In this document: positions 40,101 through 52,590 of the stretch, piece by piece
Layout of the letters: every line of letters starts with the position of its first letter
How positions within the stretch are numbered: the stretch's first letter is position 1
Assembly: GCA_964016885.1 (NCBI GenBank)
Contig: OZ024754.1
Span: forward strand, 10,602,001 to 10,666,000
Source: Eledone cirrhosa
Lineage: Eukaryota
Direction of reading: 5' to 3'
Length of the DNA stretch: 64,000 bases
Notes under the pieces: generated by a model
The model's input: only the letters and a program-made list of their open reading frames with translations
What the model was told of the DNA's origin: nothing
Database searches by the model: none
Translations under genes and position numbers: made by a program

Positions 40101-42841
40101 AGAGAGGGGGCTTGCCAAGACTGTCCTGTAGGAGGGAGGAAGTAGGGGGGGCTTGCCAAGACTGTCCTGTAGGAGGGAGGAAGAGGGAGGGCTTGCCAAG
40201 ACTGTCCTGTAGGAGGGAGGAAGAGGGAGGGCTTGCCAAGACTGTCCTGTAGGAGGGAGGAAGAGAGGGGGCTTGCCAAGACTGTCCTGTAGGAGGGAGG
40301 AAGAGGGAGGGCTTGCCAAGACTGTCCTGTAGGAGGGAGGAAGAGAGGGGGCTTGCCAAGACTGTCCTGTAGGAGGGAGGAAGTAGGGGGGGCTTGCCAA
40401 GACTGTCCTGTAGGAGGGAGGAAGAGGGAGGGCTTGCCAAGACTGTCCTGTAGGAGGGAGGAAGAGAGGGGGCTTGCCAAGACTGTCCTGTAGGAGGGAG
40501 GAAGAGAGGGGGCTTGCCAAGACTGTCCTGTAGGAGGGAGGAAGAGGGAGGGCTTGCCAAGACTGTCCTGTAGGAGGGAGGAAGTAGGGGGGGCTTGCCA
40601 AGACTGTCCTGTAGGAGGGAGGAAGAGAGGGGGCTTGCCAAGACTGTCCTGTAGGAGGGAGGAAGAGGGAGGGCTTGCCAAGACTGTCCTGTAGGAGGGA
40701 GGAAGAGAGGGGGCTTGCCAAGACTGTCCTGTAGGAGGGAGGAAGAGAGGGGGTTGCCAAGACTGTCCTGTAGGAGGGAGGAAGTAGGGGGGGGGGGGGC
40801 TTGCCAAGACTGTCCTGTAGGAGGGAGGAAGAGAGGGGGTTGCCAAGACTGTCCTGTAGGAGGGAGGAAGAGAGGGGGCTTGCCAAGACAGTCCTGTAGG
40901 AGGGAGGAAGAGAGAGGGGGCTTGCCAAGACTGTCCTGTAGGAGGGAGGAAGAGAGGGGGTTGCCAAGACAGTCCTGTAGGAGGGAGGAAGAGGGAGGGC
41001 TTGCCAAGACTGTCCTGTAGGAGGGAGGAAGAGAGGGGGCTTGCCAAGACTGTCCTGTAGGAGGGAGGAAGAGAGGGGGCTTGCCAAGACTGTCCTGTAG
41101 GAGGGAGGAAGAGAGGGGGCTTGCCAAGACAGTCCTGTAGGAGGGAGGAAGAGAGAGGGGGCTTGCCAAGACTGTCCTGTAGGAGGGAGGAAGAGGGAGG
41201 GCTTGCCAAGACTGTCCTGTAGGAGGGAGGAAGAGGGAGGGCTTGCCAAGACTGTCCTGTAGGAGGGAGGAAGAGAGAGGGCTTGCCAAGACTGTCCTGT
41301 AGGAGGGAGGAAGAGAGAGGGGGCTTGCCAAGACTGTCCTGTAGGAGGGAGGAAGAGAGAGAGGGCTTGCCAAGACTGTCCTGTAGGAGGGAGGAAGAGA
41401 GGGGGCTTGCCAAGACTGTCCTGTAGGAGGGAGGAAGAGAGAGGGGGCTTGCCAAGACAGTCCTGTAGGAGGGAGGAAGAGAGAGGGGGCTTGCCAAGAC
41501 TGTCCTGTAGGAGGGAGGAAGAGAGGGGGCTTGCCAAGACTGTCCTGTAGGAGGGAGGAAGAGGGGGGGGCTTGCCAAGACTGTCCTGTAGGAGGGAGGA
41601 AGAGAGGAGGCTTGCCAAGACTGTCCTGTAGGAGGGAGGAAGAGAGGGGGCTTGCCAAGACTGTCCTGTAGGAGGGAGGAAGAGAGGGGGCTTGCCAAGA
41701 CTGTCCTGTAGGTGGGAGGAAGAGAGGAGGCTTGCCAAGACTGTCCTGTAGGAGGGAGGAAGAGAGGGGGCTTGCCAAGACTGTCCTGTAGGAGGGAGGA
41801 AGAGAGGGGGCTTGCCAAGACTGTCCTGTAGGAGGGAGGAAGAGAGGGGGCTTGCCAAGACTGTCCTGTAGGTGGGAGGAAGAGAGGGGGCTTGCCAAGA
41901 CTGTCCTGTAGGAGGGAGGAAGAGAGGGGGCTTGCCAAGACTGTCCTGTAGGAGGGAGGAAGAGAGGGGGCTTGCCAAGACTGTCCTGTAGGAGGGAGGA
42001 AGAGAGGGGGCTTGCCAAGACTGTCCTGTAGGAGGGAGGAAGAGAGGGGGCTTGCCAAGACTGTCCTGTAGGAGGGAGGAAGAGAGGGGGCTTGCCAAGA
42101 CTGTCCTGTAGGAGGGAGGAAGAGAGGGGGCTTGCCAAGACTGTCCTGTAGGAGGGAGGAAGAGAGGGGGCTTGCCAAGACTGTCCTGTAGGAGGGAGGA
42201 AGAGGGAGGGCTTGCCAAGACTGTCCTGTAGGAGGGAGGAAGAGGGAGGGCTTGCCAAGACTGTCCTGTAGGAGGGAGGAAGTAGGGGGGGCTTGCCAAG
42301 ACTGTCCTGTAGGAGGGAGGAAGAGAGGGGGCTTGCCAAGACTGTCCTGTAGGAGGGAGGAAGAGGGAGGGCTTGCCAAGACTGTCCTGTAGGAGGGAGG
42401 AAGTAGGGGGGGCTTGCCAAGACTGTCCTGTAGGAGGGAGGAAGAGGGAGGGCTTGCCAAGACTGTCATGTAGGAGGGAGGAAGAGAGGGGGCTTGCCAA
42501 GACTGTCCTGTAGGAGGGAGGAAGAGGGAGGGCTTGCCAAGACTGTCCTGTAGGAGGGAGGAAGTAGGGGGGGCTTGCCAAGACTGTCATGTAGGAGGGA
42601 GGAAGAGAGGGGGCTTGCCAAGACTGTCATGTAGGAGGGAGGAAGTAGGGGGGGCTTGCCAAGACTGTCCTGTAGGAGGGAGGAAGAGGGAGGGCTTGCC
42701 AAGACTGTCCTGTAGGAGGGAGGAAGAGGGAGGGCTTGCCAAGACTGTCCTGTAGGAGGGAGGAAGTAGGGGGGGAGGGCTTGCCAAGACTGTCCTGTAG
42801 GAGGGAGGAAGAGAGGAGGCTTGCCAAGACTGTCCTGTAGG
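28141..42841. repeat. 14.7-kb tandem array, roughly 370 copies of a 39-41-bp unit (cttgccaagactgtyctgtaggagggaggaagagaggggg)
   Basis: Seen directly. The copy number is estimated from length/40. Confidence 0.98.
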
Positions 42842-43040
42842 AAACAGTCAAGAAGGGAGGGAGAGAGGCAAACAGAAAAACAGACAGGACAGACATCCCA
42901 GAATGAACAGGCATAAAGCTGGGTGCAACTATGAAGAGGGCAGAGAGGTGAGAGGAATGGAAGGAGCTGGTTGCCAGGCCATCTGTGGTGCTCCAATGGT
43001 CCACCAGACTGGGACAGATGGGGTGAGGTGAGGAGGAGGA
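42820..43040 (+). mobile_element. Right half of the same RTE LINE fragment with a (GTGAG)-like tail
   Basis: Reads LAKTVL*ETVKKGGRE..DIPE*TGIKLGATMKRAER*EEWKELVARPSVVLQWSTRLG, i.e. the RTE C-terminus LAKTxLQGTVxGGRxRGR..WxDxIxEWTG..R.EW..LV. Confidence 0.8.
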
Positions 43041-43534
43041 ATAACTGAAGAAAACCATTCATTCAAAAAATATAAAATAAATAAAAATATATATGTATAA
43101 AGAGAAAGCAGACAACCAACAATATTCAGTAAACATCTCAACTATAAATATTTATCAAAATACTATTGATTTGTAATTGAGACAATAAGAAAATAAACAA
43201 ATAAACAAGCAATAAAATATGCTAATACACATAGACATGACTCCTTGTGTAAGTTGTTTCTATAACCAAGCATTTCTCTTGCTGATTTAAGAAATATTCA
43301 ATGTTAAAATTCTGCATGTCATTTACATATGAGATACAAAACACTACACATCTGTTTATTCCCAACAGACAGCAAATAACCTACTTATGTAAAGAACATT
43401 ACATGATTAATCAAGACTACAGGATGGCGTTGTTTTTGGTTTGGTTTTTGGTTGTTTCTACTTGGAATATTTGGGAGCAAGTTCCAAGCCAAAAACACAA
43501 AGATTAATAGCAAGATGAAAATAGAAATAATTGC

Positions 43535-43920
43535 CTCTTCTTTTGGTACAAGGCCAGCAATTACCCCCAGTGCATTCCTGGTGCTTTATTTTATCGACCC
43601 CGTAAGGATGAAAGGCAAAGTTAACCTTCGCAGGATTTGAACCCAGAACGTAAAGGGCCATAACGCTATGCGTCAAAGCATGACATATGACGTTCTGCTG
43701 ATACTGCCAATCACCACCATAGAAAATAGAAATAATTGTTTATACTTTTGGCACAAAGCCAGCAATTACCCCCAATGCATTACTGGCATTTATTTTATCA
43801 ACTCCATAAGGATAAAAGGCAAAGTTAACCTGGGTGGGATTTGAACTCAGAACATAAAGGGCCATAACTATGCAGCAAAGCTTGGCATCTGACGCTCTAC
43901 TGATACTGCCAATCACCACC
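43535..43920 (-). mobile_element. Two tandem SINE A copies
   Basis: 43535-43718 and 43735-43920, each followed by the same flank atagaaaatagaaataa (local duplication). Confidence 0.8.
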
Positions 43921-44388
43921 ATAGAAAATAGAAATAAGAAAAAAATTGGACTGTGGGGCCTTGAGAATAATACTAGCAATATAAAGTACAAATGGTTACA
44001 TCCTACCTCACCAAAACCCTGGCTTTCATTTCCCCCTCCATCATCTTTAACCAGTTTCAACCACCTTCTGCAGTCATTTTTATCATTCTTTTCGTCTTTC
44101 CTCAACACATGACCCAACCATCCCAGTCAATTTTCTTTTCACAAAATATTTCACTGACTATTCCCATCATCTACAATTCATTGTTTGTCTTCCTCTCTCT
44201 CTGGCTGATATTCTGCTCATCCATTAAACCATTCTCATTTCTATTATTTCAGCCTTTTCTGCTGCTCCACAGACATTACCCAAATCTTCATAACACTTCT
44301 CACAACATACACCTTTCCCTCCATACCTCTCTCCATTATCACACCACCCGGTCCCACATAAAATTAAGCAAGCTTAAAAACTATTTAA

Positions 44389-44583
44389 CCCTTTAGTATT
44401 TACATGACTATATTTACTATTGTATTTTCACAGTAAAGGCTTTATCTTACATAATATCGAATCTATTAGATTTTGATGTTATTTACTTTGAGAACAATAC
44501 CTTAACATCAATATGAGTAGCCATTTTAATAGAAAGAGGTGAGAAAATTCTGGCCAGATGTGGCTGGTTTAAATGCTAAAGGG
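44389..44583. mobile_element. P1 MITE
   Basis: TTAA|cccttta ... taaaggg|TTAA. Confidence 0.85.
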
Positions 44584-44944
44584 TTAAAGAATGATTTTCC
44601 GGTGAGCTGTAAGTATTATAAGTGCTTAACAGTAAAGTGAATATTGTCAGAGAGCTTATGGTAGAATGATATTTAGAACAAAGGAGACCTTATTTGTTTC
44701 ACACTGAACTCTCACTTCTATGTTTGTTTTGGAATATCTGACAACAATGTATTTAAGAATGTAAACATATATTTCCTGTCCTATTATAGTTTATCCATCA
44801 CTAATACACCACATCTAAAAGAATTCTATTACTGATGCTATAGACTAATGTCTTTTTTGGATAAACATCAAATGATATGAAGATGCTAAATTACTTTCAA
44901 CTTGCTTCAATACAAGTCAATTGAAATATCTATATATAAATTAA

Positions 44945-45750
44945 CCCTTTAGTATTTACATTACTCTTTAGCAGTTAAAAAGATGTTTTTTGGTTGTAAC
45001 ACTTTAGCAGATGAATCTTTAATATAGTTGTTGTTGGCAAGTGAAGTTGATCTCAGTGAGTTGAGAGAAGTTATGCCATCTTTAAGGAAACGAAAACTGT
45101 ACTTGTTGTGGTGTGAAGTGATATTACCTTGGAAAAAATGATTTTCCCATATCACGTCAGAAGAAATATTTTGAAGATGTGTGAAGATTCAATGGTGGCG
45201 GAAATTATCAGAAGGCTGTTAAAACATTTTATAAAGGGTTTATTTTCTTCCGTAAAATATTACAATTAAATGCTGCCGACATACCGTACGAGTAAATTGA
45301 ACAAAAATGTATTTGAAATAAGGGAAGAATGTTGCTGGGCCCTTGCCGAGAGGGCCAAAGTTTCTTGTTTAGTGCTACATCTTGCTAGAATCAACCGGGA
45401 ATGTAATTAGTTAAGTCCTCTCTCCTCAAAATGAAAGCAGCAACTGTTTAGAAATGAAAAAAGGTGCGAATTCGTTTTTGCTAGACGGAAATAAGTACCT
45501 GGTATTTCTACACTGCCGACTTATGGGCCCGGCGATTTACCAAGCGCAACCCATTTGTTCCGCCGTAGTAAATAGTGCCTTTGCTTACTACAACTCTATA
45601 TTTACTATTGTATTTCATGGTAAACACTTTATCTTGCATAATATCGAATATCAGATTTTGACATTATTTTGAGAACAATACCTTAACATGACTATGAGTG
45701 GCCACCAGTTACAGCCAGTTTGAACAGAAAGAGGCCGGTTTAAATGATAA
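44945..45750. mobile_element. P1 MITE split by a ~625-bp unrelated insertion (44968-45592)
   Basis: The left TIR ccctttagtatttacattactct is at 44945. The MITE body resumes as actctatatttactattg at ~45593. Confidence 0.65.
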
Positions 45751-46193
45751 AACAAGTAGAACAGTAAAATCAGCCATGTAGTATTAAAAATATTGTCTTC
45801 TAAACAATTTATGCTAAACTGTTCAATACAGTTTTGTAAATCAGAACATACATCTCTCGTAATTTTCCAAATCATTTTCTTGTTAATTTTATTTCTTTTA
45901 AACTTTTAATTCTTCTAAATCTTACACAGATGTTGATTTTTCTTCCTTTTTTTATTGTTGTTAGTATTTTATTTTTGTTTATGTATTTTTTGACATAGCA
46001 CAAGGCTTTTTTTTTTATGTGATATGTTCCACTGTATCAACCAACTCCTTTCATTTGGATTTTGCCCATTTCTCAGACATAAAATGGGGGGGGGGGGCTT
46101 TATATTTGGGTTAGCTTATATTCGAGTATATATGGTAAGTTATGTTATATAAGCGCCATTTATAAGGCTTATTTTCGGTATTGTCTTTCTTAA

Positions 46194-46398
46194 CCCTTTA
46201 GCATTTACATCGCTCTATATTTACTATTGTATTTTCCCGGTAAACACTTTATTTCACATAATATCAAATCTATGAGATTTTGATATTTATTTTGAGAACA
46301 ATACCTTAACATAAATATGGGCAGCCGGTTATGGCCAGTTTGAACAGAACGAGATAAGAGAATTCTAGCCGGATATGGCCGGTTTAAATGCTAAAGGG
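46194..46398. mobile_element. P1 MITE
   Basis: TTAA|ccctttagcattta ... taaatgctaaaggg|tgaa. Confidence 0.85.
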
Positions 46399-46504
46399 TG
46401 AATCACCTGAATTGCTTTGTTATAATATACATGTACATAAATGAGGTCATCAACATGAGGAACACAAACAAAACAGGATGACATGACCCTCACAATAGAA
46501 AGGC

Positions 46505-46830
46505 ATCATCATCATCATCATCATATCGTTTAACATCTATCTTCCACGCTAGCATGGGTTTAGACGGGAATTGTCCCATGTAAAGCAAGATTGGTTGTCT
46601 TGCTCGTATAGGACTATCTGCCAGATTATCTACGGTTGGATGCCCTTCCTAACACCAACCACATTTACAGTGTGGACTGGGAGGTTTTTACCGTGTTACC
46701 TACATGGCCACATTACCACGTGGACTGTGTTTTTTTGTCGTGACACCTACACGACTTCATTTATTTAGGACTGGATGTTGTGGTACCAACATAACTTTAC
46801 AGAGAAAGGAGTGGTGTAGATGGGAGTGGA
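46505..46830 (-). mobile_element. RTE LINE 3' UTR/tail fragment
   Basis: Reverse complement of 24960-25290 including the (ATC)n tail. Confidence 0.8.
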
Positions 46831-46954
46831 AATGTTATCACATTACATATATCATATCTGATCACTGGACATAATATTGTGTCCAGTGATCAGATATGAT
46901 ATACACACTGAAAATTAAAAAATAACATCTGACTACACATAAACAATGGACCTG

Positions 46955-47200
46955 CTACAAATATATAAACACTAACTGGTCGCTCTCCGACAGGTTTGCA
47001 GTTGTACCCTTGGCAGTGGAGACTTCTGGTGTCCTCAGCCCTAGGGCTACCTCCGTACTCACCACCATAGGCGCTGAACTGGCCAGCCGCAGGTGTGAGC
47101 CTCGCAAGCTGGAATGGCTTTTCCAGCGCGTCTCCCTTGCCATCCTCCTGGGGAAATGCCTTCTCCATTCTGTCTGCCGGGGCTGTGGGGAGGCCACCAA
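46955..47200 (+). mobile_element. Fragment of a CRE-like non-LTR retrotransposon (restriction-like endonuclease C-terminus)
   Basis: GC-rich island translating FAVVPLAVETSGVLSPRATSVLTTIG...WLFQRVSLAILLG(+1)NAFSIL. This matches the F.PxAxETxG...W.xQRxSxAx.RGNA motif. Confidence 0.7.
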
Positions 47201-47418
47201 TATGATTGATTGACTTATTTTATCAGTCAGATGCTTTTAGACATCACCCAGTTAAATATGTCTATAATAGACCATATCCAAAGCAACCAAAACAATTACA
47301 CATTCCAACAGATCACGAGGGTACACTGACACTACCAATGAAGGACTCTAGAAAGGAATAACAAATACAGTCATGTCTTATGAGGAAGGGCACTAACTAG
47401 TATCAATCAATATTTTAA

Positions 47419-47639
47419 CACTTTAGCATTTAAACCAGCTGTATCCAGCCAGAATTCTCTCACCTCTTTCTGTTTAAACTGGTCATAACCAGCCACTCAT
47501 ACTGATGTTAAGGTATTGTTCTCAAAATAAATAATACCAAAATCTCATAGATTTGATATTATGTGAGATAATTATGTGAAGTAAAACCTTTACCATGAAA
47601 ATACAATAGTACATATAGAGTAATATAAATTCTAAAGGG
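47419..47639. mobile_element. P1 MITE
   Basis: TTAA|cactttagcattta ... taaaggg|TTAA. Confidence 0.85.
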
Positions 47640-48024
47640 TTAACTGACATTCAACCCTCTTTGTCACTCCCTTTCTCGAGTTATAACAATAATATAATAA
47701 TGTAATAATTATCATCATCATTGTAGTAGTTTCTTAGTTCTCAATGTCTCATTTTTTTTTTTTTCAATAATTATCAAAGAATTTCCACAAAGAATGTAGG
47801 AGGAAAATAAAGTCAACAAGTATGATCACATAATCTAGAAGAGAATTTTTCAGAAAATCGGAAATATGAGAATACACTCGAGGTTTCACCAAAGCTAACC
47901 CAAATATAGAAAAATACTTAGATATATATTTAGCCAAAAGCTCAAATTGTTCTGGAATAACTGAGGTGTAAGAAAAAGAGTTAACGAAAGTTGGTAGTCT
48001 AAAAGTCTAAAGTCTGTCTTAAGT

Positions 48025-48280
48025 CTGGAGGCTCCATCAGGTTGGTGCTTATCCTGGTTTTCATGGCATGAAGTGACTGAGATTACAAGATTCCCCACCG
48101 GACTAGACACCAGTCCATTGCAGGATTAAACCCACAGCTATTGCTGGTACTCATTTTCAGCTAAGTATACTGGAGCAACATGAAATGAAGTATTTTACTC
48201 AAGAACACAACACACAACCCAGGAATCAAACACAAAACATATTGTTAGTAAAGCCCAACACCTTTACCACTAGGCCACAT
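48025..48280 (-). mobile_element. CORE-type SINE with tail type 2
   Basis: Paralogue of 11085-11300. Confidence 0.7.
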
Positions 48281-49774
48281 ACCCAAGGTTGGGAGGATAT
48301 GAAATTTATGAAAGAAAACATAAATTACATGAGACATAAAAACACCTGCATTTACATGAGACATAAAAACACCTGCATTTGATAGTATTTCTTAAAGTCA
48401 ATATTTTTCATCAGCAAGCTTTTTTTAATTCAAGAATAAAAACCTTGCCAACCATGTCACATATACATTTACTTTTTTACAACCTAATGGAATTCTCTGC
48501 CAATGCAATTTTTATATGCACGGTATAATATTTCATTAAAAATATTAAGTTTTAGGAATGGAATGCAATATAAGCATCAGTATGTTAAGGAAAGACTATA
48601 AGAGCTATGGCATATATCAAATTGTAATTCCTTTATTAAGTAAGAGTGCAACATATTAAGTGGAATGTGTGGAGTGTTCAGTTTAAAGGGAAAATGTAGC
48701 AATTACCTGAGGAAGGGCAGAGGTGGGATGGGATGGGATGGTGGGGTGGGAAGGTGAGGAAAGAGTGATACAGATAAGAGGATAGTGATCACAAGAAGGA
48801 AACAAAAAGCAGAGAAATAAGCATCCTATGTTTTCAAACAACAACAACAACAACAACAAACAACAACAACGTTCCAAAATAGAAACCTCATTGAAATAGG
48901 AGAAACAAAAATCTATTGAAGCACTTAGAGATAAACTTAGTTCTCCAGTCATCCATTTTAAATAGTTGCAGGAGTTTCGGAAGTGGTGATTGGTGGAAGT
49001 TGGAGGGTTGGGAAGGGGATGAAAGTTAAAGATTCTGTTTTCAATATCTCAGCTATTTTATGCAAGACAGACAAGGAATTTCCTTCTACTCCACACCATC
49101 ACCATATTGTTGGCTTTCCATACCTTCTCTCTTTTCTCTCTTGACTCTCAACCTCATTCATTTATCATTACTCTTTTACACAGTTAGGTCTTTTGTCAAT
49201 ATTCTCCCTTCCATCACCACTCATTTCACTTTTTGTTTCACTCATCAAAGAGCAGAGGGATTGGGGAAGGCTTAAAATTTTAAAACCTATTATTAAAACT
49301 TCCAGATTTATATGAACAATTTATCATAGACACCGACAACTCTGCAATTTGTCTTTCAAAAAATGACAAATAAAAAGCTGTTAAAATCTAAAATTATTAA
49401 ATATACAAATTGTTGGATACAAATCTGGGAAACAAGTTTTTTTTCTATTTTGGTTAATCCTTCTGAACCACCGAGATTTGTGTCAAGAGGAAATGGCATG
49501 TGTATGTGTATATATATACATGCATAAATATACATACATATATACATATATGTATAGATACATATATACAGACATATATATATATATACATACATATATA
49601 TATACAGACATATATATATATATATATGTATACATACATATATACAGACATATATATATATATATATGTATGTATACATACATATATACAGACATATATA
49701 TATATATATATATGTATACATACATATATACAGACATATATATATATATGTATACATACATATATACAGACATA

Positions 49775-50240
49775 TATCATCATCATCATCAGGCTTAGCG
49801 TCCGTGTTCCACGCTTGCATGGGTTTGGACGGGGGTTTTCCCACTTGAGGCAAGAGTGGTTGTCTTGCTCGCATAGGACTGTCTGGCGGGTTTTCTACAG
49901 TTGGATGCCCTTCCTAACACCAACCACATTTACAGTGTGGGGCTGGGAGGTTTTTACCGTGTTGCCTACACGGCCACATTACAGCGTGGACTGTCTGGCG
50001 GGTTTTCTACAGCTGGATGCCCTTCCTAACACCAACCACATTTACAGTGTGGGGCTGGGAGGTTTTTACCGTGTTGCCTACACGGCCACATTTACAGCGT
50101 GGACTGTGTGTTTTTTTTTCGTGACACCTACACGATCTCATTTGTTTCGGCCTGGATGTTGTGGGACCAACATAACTTTACATTGAAGGGGCGGTGTGGA
50201 TGGGGTGGAGGTGGTGGGACGGGGGTGTGTTTTGATAGAG
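49775..50240 (-). mobile_element. RTE LINE 3' UTR/tail copy with an internal ~117-bp tandem duplication, embedded in (TA)n
   Basis: ggactgtctggcgggttttctacag...ggccacatt occurs twice. (ATC)n tail. Confidence 0.8.
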
Positions 50241-50248
50241 ATGCCTAC

Positions 50249-50318
<70 letters not shown>

Positions 50319-50351
50319 CATATATATACATATATATATACATATATATAT

Positions 50352-50402
<51 letters not shown>

Positions 50403-50467
50403 CATACATATATATACATATATACATATACATATATACATATATATATATATACATATATATATAC

Positions 50468-50520
<53 letters not shown>

Positions 50521-50539
50521 CATACATATATACATACAC

Positions 50540-51472
50540 AGGAAACAAGTACCACCAATCTCTGGGAGGGCCCTGTAGAAACAGTAGACAGCTTCTGCTA
50601 CCTAGGTGACCGAATTAGCAACGGAGGTGGGTGCTCAGAAAGTACAATAACTAGGGTAAGAACGGGATGGAAGAAGTTTAGGGAACTACTACCACTGCTA
50701 GCTGCAAAAGGCTTCTCCCTCAGAATGAAAGGCAGACTGTATGATGCGTGTATCCGAACAGCGATGTTGCATGGTAGTGAGACCTGGGCGCTGAAGGTGG
50801 AAGACTTACGTAGATTAGAGAGAAACGAAGCCTGCATGCTCCGATGGATGTGTAACAGTAATATACATGAACGACAAAGCATAAATGAATTGAGAGAGAG
50901 ACTGAGCATAAGAGGAATCAAATGCTGCGTGCAGGAGAGGCGGTTACGCTGGTATGGACATGTGATGCGTATGAAGGATGACAGCTGCATAAAAAGGTGC
51001 AGAGCACTAGAAGTTGATGGAAACCGCGGAGTGGGGAGACCCAAGATGACTTGGGATGAGGTGATAAAAGCCGACCTTACCCAACTACACCTCTCAAAGT
51101 CAATGACACACGACCGTGACTTCTGGCGTCACGCAGTAATACAGGGTACCCGACCTCCCATGGGTACATGCTGAAGCATATAAACAATATGCCCCCCCCC
51201 CCCCACCGCAAGGTGGTCGTGGAGGTGCCACGGCAAAAAAGCACCCAGCCCACACTGTAAAGTGGACGTGTAGGCGCCACGAAAAAGCACCCAGCACTCA
51301 CTGTAAATGAGGTTGGTGTTAGGAAGGGCATCCAGCTGTAGAAATCAAGCCAGATCAGTTCCTGTATGAGCAAGGCATGGTCAGCCGACCAGACACTGCC
51401 CACAACAGGACAACCCGTCTAACCCATGCTAGCGTGGAAGAACGGACGTAAAACGGTGATGATGATGATGAT
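50540..51472 (+). mobile_element. 5'-truncated RTE LINE (RT C-terminus, 3' UTR, (GAT)n)
   Basis: ORF 50725..51174 ([24 protein letters not shown]). Very close to the 7695-8570 copy. Confidence 0.92.
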
Positions 51473-51474
51473 GA

Positions 51475-52590
<1,116 letters not shown>

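Noticed and set aside
28073-42590. Giant minus-strand ORFs (up to 4401 aa) of Pro/Ser/Leu repeats
   Set aside because: They are open in all three frames only because the 40-bp unit lacks stops on that strand. Unit lengths of 39/40/41 shift frame freely, there is no codon-level constraint, and the region is an intron of the kinase gene.
28141-42841. CRISPR-like array
   Set aside because: There are no unique spacers and no cas genes. The units are contiguous tandem copies in eukaryotic DNA.
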